Below, in pieces: positions 1 through 9,117 of a stretch of DNA of 24,000 nt (position 1 is the stretch's first letter; the number at the start of each line of letters is the position of its first letter). Position numbers and translations under genes: made by a program. The notes below the pieces were generated by a model. It worked only from the letters and a program-made list of their open reading frames with translations, did not search any database and was not told the origin of the DNA. The stretch comes from Klebsiella phage CPRSA, in the sequence record OM971648.1. The stretch is one strand, 5' to 3'.

Positions 1-45
1 ACCTGTCAACTGGATGGACAACATACAGTAACGGAAAGGAAACTA

Positions 46-243
46 ATGGTTAACAAAGCTATCATGATGGTTAACCAGGGAATTGCAGAAGCAAAATATC
101 ATAGTGTCAATTCCAGTATTTTCAGCATGTTATTCGACGGGTTTAAACTTGAACGCCAGCTTGTTCAACTGAGAAAGATCCGTGACTTGTTAGCAGAAGG
201 TTTGTTGGTTTTAGAACATCGAGTAAACTTGAATTTGCTGTAG
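46..243 (+). CDS. hypothetical small protein (possibly the 3' part of a gene starting upstream)
   Basis: 65-aa ORF directly upstream of the polymerase; no recognised domain. Confidence 0.35.
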   Translation: MVNKAIMMVNQGIAEAKYHSVNSSIFSMLFDGFKLERQLVQLRKIRDLLAEGLLVLEHRVNLNLL

Positions 244-289
244 GTGGTGTTACAATGGAACATTATATTAATGGAGAAGACAGAATCCA

Positions 290-2986
290 ATGAATGAATT
301 TTACCTATCAGTTGAACAAATGGGAGATACCATTTATGAGCGCTTCGTTGACTCTAACGGCACCGAACAGGTACGTAAGACGAAATATGCGCCCGTAATG
401 TATCAACACGCTATGAATGGCGTAGAAACCCCATACAAAGACATTTATGGCAAGCCTTGCCTCAAAAAACAGTTTGACAGCATCAAAGAAGCTAAAAACT
501 GGATGCAGCGTATGCGCGATGTTGGGATGGAAGCGCTAGGTATGGACGATTATCGACTGGCTTACATTTCTGACATGTACCGGAATGAAATCGAATACAA
601 CCGCGAACACATTCGCATTGCTTCTATCGATATCGAGGTGACCGCCCAGAATTTCCGGATCCGCGTGAAGCAAAATATCCAATCGATGCGATTACCCATT
701 ACGATAGCATTGAAGATAAATTCTATGTATACGATCTGGTTGAGGGTGGCCTTGCGGAATGGTGTGCGGCAAACGTTGACAGAAAAGACATTAGCGAAGA
801 AGATTTAAACAAAATTGTTTATCGGTCTTTCCAAACCGAGAAGTCGTTATTGTCTGCGTATATCAAAGATTGGAAAGAGCGAACCCCTGTTATTGTAACC
901 GGATGGAACTCTGACAAATTCGATATTGCATATATCATCACGCGATACCTGAACATTTTCGGTCAAAACGTGGTAAGGCATTTTAGCCCATTTGGTAAAG
1001 TAACCGCCAGAACCACTACTGAACGCTTACGGCAACGAACAATTAGGATATGATATTTCCGGCGTTGCTCAAATGGATGGTATGGCGCTGTATAAGAAAT
1101 TCAGCTTTACCCCGCAACCATCTTACCGCCTGGACGCGATCGCGGAATACGAAACTGGTAAAAATAAAGTTGAGTATGAAGGTTCCCTGTCTGAACTACG
1201 CCAGCGCGATCACCAACTGTACATCACGTACAACATTGTTGACGTTATCCGCGTACTTGATATCGACGGTAAACGAAACTTTATTGAACTGGTTCTGTCT
1301 GTAGCGTACTATGCAAAAATTAACTTCCCAGGGGTTATGTCTCCGCTGAAAACGTGGGACGCGATCATTTATAACTCTCTGCGTGAAGATAAGGTTGTTA
1401 TTCCGGAAAACAGACGCCATACTAAAACCCCTTACCCTGGGGCATTTGTGAAGGACCCAGTTCCTGGGCCTTACAAATACATGGTATCGTTTGACTTAAC
1501 AAGCCTGTACCCTTCCATCATACGACAGGTGAATATAAGCCCTGAAACGATTATGGGAAGTTTTGCGGTACGTGCTCTTGAAGAGTATATTAATAAGACC
1601 GCGCCGCGCCCTAGCGATGAATTTAGCTGTTCTCCTAACGGGTGGATGTTCCGCCGTGATATCAAAGGCGTGATCCCGTAGAGATCAAGAAAGTATTTGA
1701 TCAGCGTAAGATGTGGAAAAAACGAATGATGGCGGGTGAGCGAAATCTTGAACTCATCAAGCACGAACTCGAACACTTAACAGACGCACATAACCAAATG
1801 GTTGATCCTGACTTTGATTTCTATACAGATTTCAGTGATGAATCGAAAGCAGTTCTGAAAACTCTTACAAAACAAATGCTTAAAGCAGTTAAGCGCGTAT
1901 GTGAGAAGAAGATCGCACAAGCGAACACAGCACAGCTTAACCGTAAGATTTCTATCAACTCCCTTTATGGTGCGTTGGGTAACGAACACTTCCGATACTT
2001 CAATCTACGAAACGCCAGCGCGATCACCATGTTCGGGCAGTTGGCTATCCAGTGGATTGAACGTAAGGTAAACGAATACCTTAACGACCTGTGCGGTACT
2101 ACGGATCATGCATATGTTCGGTACTGTGACACTGACTCCATTTATGTTTGCATGGATAACGTGATTGCAAAAGTTGGTGGTGAGGCTAAATTTAAGGATA
2201 ATAACCATTGGGTTGACTTCCTGGATCGCTTTGCTAAAGAAAGAATGGAACCGATGATCGATAAAGGGTATCGTGAACTTTGCGAATACATGAACAACGT
2301 GGAACACCTGATGTTTATGGATCGTGAAATCATTTCTGGGCCTCCGTTGGGTTCCGAAGGGTTGGGAAGTTTCTGGACTGCTAAAAAACGATATGCGGCT
2401 AACGTGTGGGACTCCGAAGGAACCCGCTATGAAAAACCGAAACTGAAAATCATGGGTATGGAAACACAGCGATCAGTACTCCGACCTCTGTGAAAGTATT
2501 CCTGAAAGAAGCGATCCGCCGTATCCTGCAAGAAGGTGAATTATCTTTACACGAACATTATAAAAAGTTCGAAGAAGAATATAAGGAACTTGACTACAGG
2601 GAAATTGCTGGTGTATCATCTGCTAACAACATTTCGAAATATCGTGATGGGGCTGGCTATCCAATCAAGGGAACACCAAACCATATTAAAGGGGTGCTGT
2701 TCTTTAACCGTTTCACTGCTGGTATTGATGGTGTTACACCAATCATGGAAGGTGAAAAGGTAATGGTTCTACCACTAAGGGATAAAAACCCGTGGCAAGC
2801 CGATTGCATCGCGTGGCAATCTGGAAATAGACTACCAGCAGAGATTGAAAGTGATATTCTGGCATGGGTAGATTATCCGGTATGTTTGAAAAACATGTTA
2901 TTAGTCCATTGACTAACATAACAGAAGTATGTAAAATTGATTATGAAAAACGTGCCAGTTTAAACGATTTGTTCGGTGACTGGTAA
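290..2986 (+). CDS. 43: Family B DNA polymerase, T4/RB69 gp43-like, interrupted by several apparent frameshifts
   Basis: Collinear fragments across frames: MNEFYLSVEQMGDTIYERF..ALGMDDYRLAYISD; exo motif SIDIEVT; PDPREAKYPIDAITHYDSIEDKFYVYDL; GYDISGVAQMDGMALYKKFSF; motif A SFDLTSLYPSIIRQVNISPETI; motif B NRKISINSLYGALGN; motif C YCDTDSIYVCMD; C-terminus EAIRRILQEGELSLHEHYKKFEEEY..KIDYEKRASLNDLFGDW* ending in TAA at 2984-2986. Confidence 0.97.
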
Positions 2987-2991
2987 ACTAT

Positions 2992-3008
2992 AGGGCTTCG
3001 GCCCCTTT
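2992..3008 (+). terminator. UUCG-tetraloop intergenic hairpin, possible terminator
   Basis: AGGGCTTCGGCCCCTTT directly after the polymerase stop; matches other GGGGC-UUCG-GCCCC hairpins in the window. Confidence 0.5.
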
Positions 3009-3060
3009 CATTAACTAGTGAAGATATATAGAATGACAATGAATAAATCGGAAAAATTAA

Positions 3061-4215
3061 ATGTCAAACAAAGCACTACTAAAAAAACTGATCAAAAACT
3101 CGAATAGCCAAACTGCATCTGTACTTTCTGAAAGCGACGTATTCAACAATATTACCATCACGCGAACCCGTGTGCCGATTCTGAATCTGGCGTTGTCCGG
3201 TGCGTTTAACGGTGGCCTAACTTCTGGTCTTACCCTTTTCGCTGGCCCGTCCAAACACTTCAAATCCAACTTAGGTTTGCTTACTGTAGCGGCGTATCTC
3301 AAAACGTATGAAGATGCTGTGTGCCTGTTCTACGATTCAGAAAAAGGTGTTACTAAATCCTATCTGAAATCAATGGTGTTGATCCGGATCGTGTTGTGTA
3401 TACTCGTATCACGACGGTCGAGCAGTTGCGTAATGACGTTGTAAGCCAGCTTAACGCGCTTGAACGCGGTGATAAGGTGATTGTATTCGTTGACTCAGTA
3501 GGCAACACGGCAAGTAAAAGAAGAACTTGCTGACGCGCTTTCTGATAACGATAAACAGGATATGACGCGAGCAAAAGCATTAAAAGGTATGTTCCGTATG
3601 GTTACGCCTTATCTGGCTGACCTGGATATCCCGATGGTTTGTATCTGTCATACCTATGACACACAAGAAATGTACAGCAAGAAAGTTATTTCTGGTGGTA
3701 CTGGTTTAATGTATTCCGCTGATACTGCGATCATCCTGGTAAACAACAGGTGAAAGAAGGTACTGAGGTGGTGGGTTATGATTTCATCATGAATATCGAA
3801 AAATCTCGATTCGTGAAAGAGAAATCAAAATTCCCGCTGCATGTTACCTATGAAGGCGGTATTAGTATGTATTCTGGTCTTTTGGATCTGGCAATGGAAA
3901 TGAACTTTGTACAGACCGTAACCAAAGGCTGGCGCAACCGCGCTTTCCTGAATACCGAGACTGGCGAACTGAAGTTGAAGAAAAGAAATGGCGTGAGTCA
4001 GAAACAAATAGCGTTGAATTCTGGCGTCCTCTGTTTACTCATCAACCATTCTTGAAAGCTATCGAAGAAAAGTATAAGATCCTGATCGTGAAATCAGTGA
4101 TGGTTCCGCGCTGGAAGATTTATACAGCACTGATAGCATTCCAGATCCTGATCTGGATGATGACGATATCCCAGAATCATTTGATGATATCGAAGAAAAC
4201 GACGAAATTTTATAA
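3061..4215 (+). CDS. uvsX: UvsX-like RecA-family recombinase with apparent frameshifts
   Basis: Across frames: NLALSGAFNGGLTSGLTLFAGPSKHFKSN (Walker A region), DAVCLFYDSEKGVTKSYLKSM(G)IDPDRVVYTRITTVEQLRNDVVSQLNALERGDKVIVFVDSVGNTASK, ADTAIILVNNR.QVKEGTEVVGYDFIMNIEKSRFVKEKSKFPLHV, GGISMYSGLLDLAMEMNFV..; collinear with T4 UvsX. Confidence 0.95.
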
Positions 4216-4220
4216 AAATA

Positions 4221-4236
4221 TGGGGCTTCGGCCCCA
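4221..4236 (+). terminator. UUCG-tetraloop hairpin
   Basis: TGGGGC-TTCG-GCCCCA perfect 6-bp stem after the uvsX stop; no strong U-tract. Confidence 0.5.
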
Positions 4237-4251
4237 TAACCGAGGCAATGT

Positions 4252-4571
4252 ATGGATATCGAGAGCAAAGCAAAGAATTATATTGATGAAGCGATGAAAG
4301 ATGTTATTCAGGAACTTCTGATTAACGATGAAAAAGGTGTTGCGCATCTGGTTTATATTCATAAGGTGTTTTGGGATCATGGGCTGAAAGTAGAATTCAG
4401 TACCCCAGACGAAGACAAAGAAGCGTTATCCCGCTGGTGCATGATGCAATTTATGCACAGATTAAAGAGCTTGAAAAGGGTTCAGTTGTCCCAAAGCCTA
4501 AACTGACATTATGGGATGTATTCAAACAAAAGGTTTACAACTTTTTCATGATGTTCAGCAACCTGGTATAA
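4252..4571 (+). CDS. hypothetical protein between uvsX and the gp41 helicase (frameshifted)
   Basis: MDIESKAKNYIDEAMKDVIQELLINDEKGVAHLVYIHKVFWDHGLKVEFSTPDEDKEALSRW then, in another frame, HDAIYAQIKELEKGSVVPKPKLTLWDVFKQKVYNFFMMFSNLV*. It sits where T4 has gene 40, but I see no recognisable similarity. Confidence 0.6.
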
Positions 4572-4580
4572 GGCAATACA

Positions 4581-6018
4581 ATGATTGTTGATACAATATT
4601 TTCTAACCTGATTTATAACGGGACATATTTTGTCCAAGCATGGCCCCATCTGAAAAAGGAATATTTCGAAGGCAATGCGCAAGTTTTGTTTGACCTCATT
4701 GATAAACATGTACAGGAATTCAACGGCATTCCGTCAAAAACTGCTTTAGAGGTTGCGCTTGACAAACGAAATCTAAGTGATGTAGTCTACGAAGACACGA
4801 AAAAGGCGATTCAGTCGCTGAAAAATGCGCCAGAAGATTTAGATTGGCTAATGAAGGAAACGGAAACATATTGCAAAGATAAAGCAATGTATCGTGCTCT
4901 TTCTCGTGCAATCGAAATCCAGGCGAACGCAGAAAAACCACTGGCAGAACAGAACAAGAAACTTCCTGGTGTTGGGGCTATCCCTGAAATCATGGAGGAA
5001 GCATTAGCAATTTCATTCGATAGTTCGGTAGGTCATGACTATTTCGAAGATTATGAAAAACGGTGGATGCTTTACCAATCGAAGGCGATGAAAATTCCGT
5101 TTGGTATCCCGATCCTGAACGCAATCACCAAAGGCGGCGCGGAACGTGGTACACTGAATATCATCATGGCTGGTGTTAACGTTGGTAAATCACTGGGCTT
5201 ATGTTCTCTTGCGGCTGATTATCTGCAACAGGGTAAAAACGTTCTTTACATTTCTATGGAAATGGCAGAGCATGTTTGTTCTAAGCGTATCGATGCTAAC
5301 CTTCTTGATGTGACTATGGATGACATCGACGAAGGGAATATTACATACGCAGACTATAAGAACAAAATGGAGCGCCTTAAAGCAGGTAAGGTTGGGCGTT
5401 TGGTGGTCAAGCAGTACCCTACATCGGGTGCAGGTGCAAACCACTTTAGAGCGCTTGTGAAAGAGCTTAAATTGAAGAAACAGTTTGTGCCGGATGTGAT
5501 CATTGTCGATTACCTGGGATTTGTTGTACTTCAACCCGTGTTAAAGGTGCTGAAAATACCTATATTCTGGTTAAAGCAATTGCCGAAGAACTACGCGGTC
5601 TTGCTGTTGAAACTAATACCGTGATGTGGACAGGCGCACAGGTTGGGCGTTCTGCATGGATAGTTCGGATGTGAGTATGGGTGATGTTGCGGAATCCGCT
5701 GGTTTACCTGCTACGGCTGATTTTATGTTAGCTGTAATCGAGACGGAAGAGTTAGCTGATCAGGGTATGCAACTGTTCAAGCAAATCAAATCCCGTTATG
5801 GCGATAAGAACACTTTCAACAAGTTCAAGTTGGAAGTTCGAAAAGGTAATCAGCGCTGGATGGATACCGACAACAGCGAATACGGGTTTAAATCTGACTA
5901 CCACGGCAACACTATGCCTAAAACAGTAGAACAGACACAAGGCCCGATGATTAAACAGGCTGAATCTACCCGACGTGAAAAAATGGCACAGATTGCAAAA
6001 TCTGACATTCAATTTTAA
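4581..6018 (+). CDS. 41: Replicative DnaB-type helicase, T4 gp41-like, with about 2 apparent frameshifts
   Basis: AERGTLNIIMAGVNVGKSLGLCSLAADYLQQGKNVLYISMEMAEHVCSKRIDANLLDV; VPDVIIVDYLG; then TSTRVKGAENTYILVKAIAEELR..LAVETNTVMWTGAQVGRSAW; SSDVSMGDVAESAGLPATADFMLAVIETEELA..QIKSRYGDKN; closely collinear with T4 gp41. Confidence 0.96.
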
Positions 6019-6061
6019 TTGACTGGGGCGAATAGCCCCATAAAGAATGTAAGGTAATGAA

Positions 6062-6330
6062 ATGACTAAGACTATAACGATTCCGATTCCGGCTATCAAA
6101 CTTCTGACTGGACTGACACTGATTTTTGCAGCGGCTAAAGTATTTGGCTTCTCGCATATGTCATGGTTCTGGGTTCTCTTCCCAGTTCTATTACCCGTCT
6201 ACATTGTAGTAGGCGTTGTGTTGGTGGGTGCTGCGATTATCTGCTGTTCTCACTGCTTGCCAGTGACAAGGCCGAAGATATGTATCGCTGGGTAAAAGCC
6301 AAATACGAAAAACTTTTCAAAAAATCGTAA
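6062..6330 (+). CDS. small two-TM-segment membrane protein (frameshifted near the C-terminus)
   Basis: MTKTITIPIPAIKLLTGLTLIFAAAKVFGFSHMSWFWVLFPVLLPVYIVVGVVLVGAAIIC.. then SDKAEDMYRWVKAKYEKLFKKS* in another frame. Confidence 0.65.
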
Positions 6331-6337
6331 AAAGGTA

Positions 6338-6365
6338 TTGACCTGAATCTCCATTGTGGTAATAT
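6338..6365 (+). promoter_or_regulatory. putative sigma70-type promoter
   Basis: TTGACC (6338-6343), 16-nt spacer, TAATAT (6360-6365), upstream of the 6410 ORF. Confidence 0.5.
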
Positions 6366-6409
6366 AACTCACGTAGACAAGATACTGAGTTAAACAAAGG
6401 AGATTCAAA

Positions 6410-6613
6410 ATGAACGTATTCAACAACCCTTACAACGAAATGCTGAACCCGAATGTTGATTTCAGCGATGGTTATTTTGACGCAATCGTAAACAGCATCA
6501 AAAACAAAGGTTTGCTGTTAGCGATGCTGGAAAAAGGCAAAGATGACGTTGAAGGAAGTGTTGATTTCCTCTGGAACTTCCTCCCTATGAACCTGTTTCA
6601 AAGTTGGTTGTAA
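6410..6613 (+). CDS. hypothetical protein, 67 aa
   Basis: Start preceded by AAAGGAGATTCAAA ribosome binding site; MNVFNNPYNEMLNPNVDFSDGYFDAIVNSIKNKGLL...; followed by a terminator. Confidence 0.65.
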   Translation: MNVFNNPYNEMLNPNVDFSDGYFDAIVNSIKNKGLLLAMLEKGKDDVEGSVDFLWNFLPMNLFQSWL

Positions 6614-6668
6614 TGAGGAACAAGCAAAAAACGTTCTTCGGTATCTCATCAATAACGCATAAAAATTA

Positions 6669-6689
6669 AGCCCCGAAAGGGGCTTTTTT
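6669..6689 (+). terminator. rho-independent terminator
   Basis: AGCCCC-GAAA-GGGGCT followed by a T run. Confidence 0.85.
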
Positions 6690-6702
6690 GTATCTGTAGG
6701 TA

Positions 6703-6731
6703 TTGCATTCTTTCGCAAAAGATGATACCTT
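6703..6731 (+). promoter_or_regulatory. putative sigma70-type promoter just downstream of the terminator
   Basis: TTGCAT (6703-6708), 17 nt, TACCTT (6726-6731). Confidence 0.5.
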
Positions 6732-6753
6732 AATCATAACAAAGGAGGACATT

Positions 6754-6988
6754 ATGAAAATCGCATTCGTTATCACTTTCTTACTTGCAGCACTCAACAT
6801 CGTAACTGGTAATTCTTTTAGTTGGTGGGTGGTGGCAATGCCTTACATTTTCGTGTATAGCAAAATCATGGTGATTGCTGGCGTGAATCTTGTCCTTTAT
6901 CTTACTATTTGTATTCGCCGCCCTGAATGGTGAAGCGGGTTCTACCTGGAAAGCTATGAAAGAGGGTGTTAAAGAGGGTTTGAAATGA
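6754..6988 (+). CDS. small membrane protein, possible paralogue of the 6062 product (frameshifted)
   Basis: AAAGGAGGAC RBS; MKIAFVITFLLAALNIVTGNSFSWWVVAMPYIFVYSKIMVIAGVNLVLY then FVFAALNGEAGSTWKAMKEGVKEGLK* in another frame. Confidence 0.6.
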
Positions 6989-7281
6989 ATATTGATTTTT
7001 GTAAGGCTGAAATAAAAGCGGATATGGACGAAGAAGAACCGAAGTTCGATAGTCCATATCGTTCAGAATGGATTGTGTCGGTTGACGACAAAGGTTATGT
7101 TGATATCATGCGCTGGCCTAATATCCATCCTGGCTATCTGGACGAAGGTATCAACGCGGAAATGCTGGGTATGCCTGAACAGGTTGAAGATCCTGCTGGG
7201 GTGTATAAGTGGATTTGCAGCCGTGGGAAACCCGTGACTGGGAAAGCAATATTGTTGATGATTGGGGCTTTGATGTGGTAG
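6985..7281 (+). CDS. hypothetical acidic protein; 3' end uncertain because of a probable frameshift
   Basis: MNIDFCKAEIKADMDEEEPKFDSPYRSEWIVSVDDKGYVDIMRWPNIHPGYLDEGINAEMLGMPEQVEDPAGVYKWICS..; starts in an ATGA overlap with the previous gene. Confidence 0.5.
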   Translation: MNIDFCKAEIKADMDEEEPKFDSPYRSEWIVSVDDKGYVDIMRWPNIHPGYLDEGINAEMLGMPEQVEDPAGVYKWICSRGKPVTGKAILLMIGALMW

Positions 7282-7316
7282 AATCTACCCTCTGTTCTTA
7301 TTACCGGAAAAGGTCA

Positions 7317-8092
7317 ATGGCGAAGTTAACGAAAGCGGAAACCAAACAGCACAATCAGATAATGGATCTGGTTCACTCTGACAAAGCGCTAACTTACGAA
7401 GAGAAGTTGTTCATCATTGAAAACTTTCATGAAGGCGCGTTTACAAACAATTCTGAATTAGGGGCGTTCTTTACCCTATTGGACTTGCTCGCGATTTCAC
7501 AATCGATGCTTGCACAGGTGGAAGTGTTATTGACCTGTGTGCTGGTATCGGTGGGTTATCTTTCGCTATGGTTCATTACATGATGTACAATACGCCGCGC
7601 GAAATCGTCTGTGTTGAATTAAATCACACATACTATGAGTTAGGTAAGCGTATCGTACCAGAAGCCTCCTGGGTGCATGGAGACGCCTTAACAACTGAAT
7701 TTAATCAGGTGTTTGATATGGCGATCAGTAATCCGCCTTTTGGTAAAATCAAAACATCTGATTTTAAGGGTAAGTATACAGGGGCGGAATTTGAGTATAA
7801 AGTAATCGAACGTGCATCACAGATCGCGCGTCAGGGAACTTTCATAATCCCTCAAATGTCTGCAAATTTCCGGTATTCGAAAACACACTGTTTCCGACAA
7901 GATGACAGCACCACATCAAGTAAATGCAAAAAGTTTCTTGATGAAACTGGCCTCGTTATGAATCCTGGATGCGGTATAGATACTGGGTATTACCTGGAGG
8001 ATTGGAAAGGGGTTAAACCACTATGCGAGGTTGTTTGTATGGAGTTTGAACCTGAAACCAAATCTGATTTATTCACTTTCACAATAGAGTAA
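7317..8092 (+). CDS. N6-adenine-specific DNA methyltransferase-like protein (frameshifted)
   Basis: ELGAFFTP(IGLARDFTIDACTGGS)VIDLCAGIGGLSFAM (SAM-binding motif I) and VFDMAISNPPFGK (catalytic NPPF motif IV); repairable by one extra C near 7476. Confidence 0.85.
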
Positions 8093-8144
8093 TAATCATG
8101 AGTGATAATTAGTTAAAAATATGGATTTAACATACAGTGTGCGA

Positions 8145-8583
8145 ATGATTCGTTTACTGAAAAAACCATTTACTGAGTGGTCTGCGTACAAGCTGGGATC
8201 CTTGATGGACAAGGCGAAGTAATTCGCAACCCCAAAACAAAAGAAGAGTTAGAAGCGTATTCTCCTTTTCATCGTTCAGTACGCCATATCAAGCGTAGAA
8301 TGAATGCTGTTCCGTATATGAGTGGGTTTATGAACTTAACCAGTTCATATGATACCTACGCAATCGCTACAATCTGACAGAACAAGAGCATGAAGAAATC
8401 ATGTTGAACGTTCCACGCCTCAAAGAATATTATGATAAGGGGCGCATGTTAGAGGATATGGTCGCGGGTGATTCTGGCGGCGATACAGAAAAGATTGCTT
8501 CTGGTGTGACTACTGGAGCAGTAACCAACATCGGGCCGAAAGTATTAGGCGTTACCCGTGCAGGGAAAAGGAAAAAGAAATGA
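8145..8583 (+). CDS. conserved-type phage hypothetical protein (frameshifted)
   Basis: MIRLLKKPFTEWSAYKLG + GILDGQGEVIRNPKTKEELEAYSPFHRSVRHIKRRMNAVPYMSGFMNL.. + YNLTEQEHEEIMLNVPRLKEYYDKGRMLEDMVAGDSGG..GKRKKK*; segments abut across frames. Confidence 0.6.
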
Positions 8584-8798
8584 TAATTCCTCCGCTGAAT
8601 ATCACTATCTGGGCTACTGCTAACGATTATACATGGTTTCCAATTTGTATCATGTATATGAGTGACAACGCAACCGTTTATCAGAATCGTCGAAAAGGTT
8701 CTGATAAAATTGATATTGCAATAAATTATTCGTTTAAACAAGCATTTCGTGGTTGGAAGTTAATGCTTGACGGAACAGAAAAGCAAGTAAGTTCTTGA
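8580..8798 (+). CDS. hypothetical protein, 72 aa
   Basis: ORF overlapping the previous stop (ATGA); no domain recognised. Confidence 0.45.
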   Translation: MIIPPLNITIWATANDYTWFPICIMYMSDNATVYQNRRKGSDKIDIAINYSFKQAFRGWKLMLDGTEKQVSS

Positions 8799-8823
8799 CA
8801 GAAAAATCCTCTTAGTCTATGAT
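8795..8823 (+). promoter_or_regulatory. strong sigma70-type promoter
   Basis: TTGACA (8795-8800), 17-nt spacer, TATGAT (8818-8823), followed by AGGAGG and the ATG at 8854. Confidence 0.7.
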
Positions 8824-8853
8824 ATTGAAATCATTTGATTAGGAGGATTTACA

Positions 8854-9114
8854 ATGGCGGTTGGATTTGGCCCTGCTGACGGTGTTCAAGATACCATTCA
8901 GGCAACAATAGACAATGCGATAGATTTTGCACGTTCTCAAATCAGAAACGGAGAATCATTAACGCATTGTTTTGATTGTGGGATCCGATACCCGAAAAAC
9001 GTAGGGCTATCGTGAAAGGGTTGCCGTTATTGTATTGAATGCCAAAAAGAACATGACGAAATGATCAGCGCCGGGTATAATCGACGAGGATCGAAAGATA
9101 GTCAACTGAGGTAA
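8854..9114 (+). CDS. DksA/TraR-type C4 zinc finger protein (two apparent frameshifts)
   Basis: MAVGFGPADGVQDTIQATIDNAIDFARSQIRNGESLTHCFDCGIRYPKN / RAIVKG / CRYCIECQKEHDEMISAGYNRRGSKDSQLR*; CxxCG...CxxC spacing and IP..R.A..G pattern typical of the family. Confidence 0.85.
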
Positions 9115-9117
9115 GAA

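Noticed and set aside
1050-1304. ORF 1050-1304 and similar internal ORFs (2536-2763, 22420-22725)
   Set aside because: Alternative-frame readings inside the polymerase and rIIA genes; the homologous frame is elsewhere.
290-2986. DNA polymerase split by introns or homing endonucleases, as known in some T4-like phages
   Set aside because: Fragments abut with no inserted sequence and no LAGLIDADG, HNH or GIY-YIG-like ORF; single-base indels explain the breaks.
4581-6018. Programmed ribosomal frameshifting in gp41, UvsX and topoisomerase genes
   Set aside because: Break sites do not share a slippery heptamer plus structure, occur at different places in nearly all genes, and direction varies; sequencing indels are simpler.
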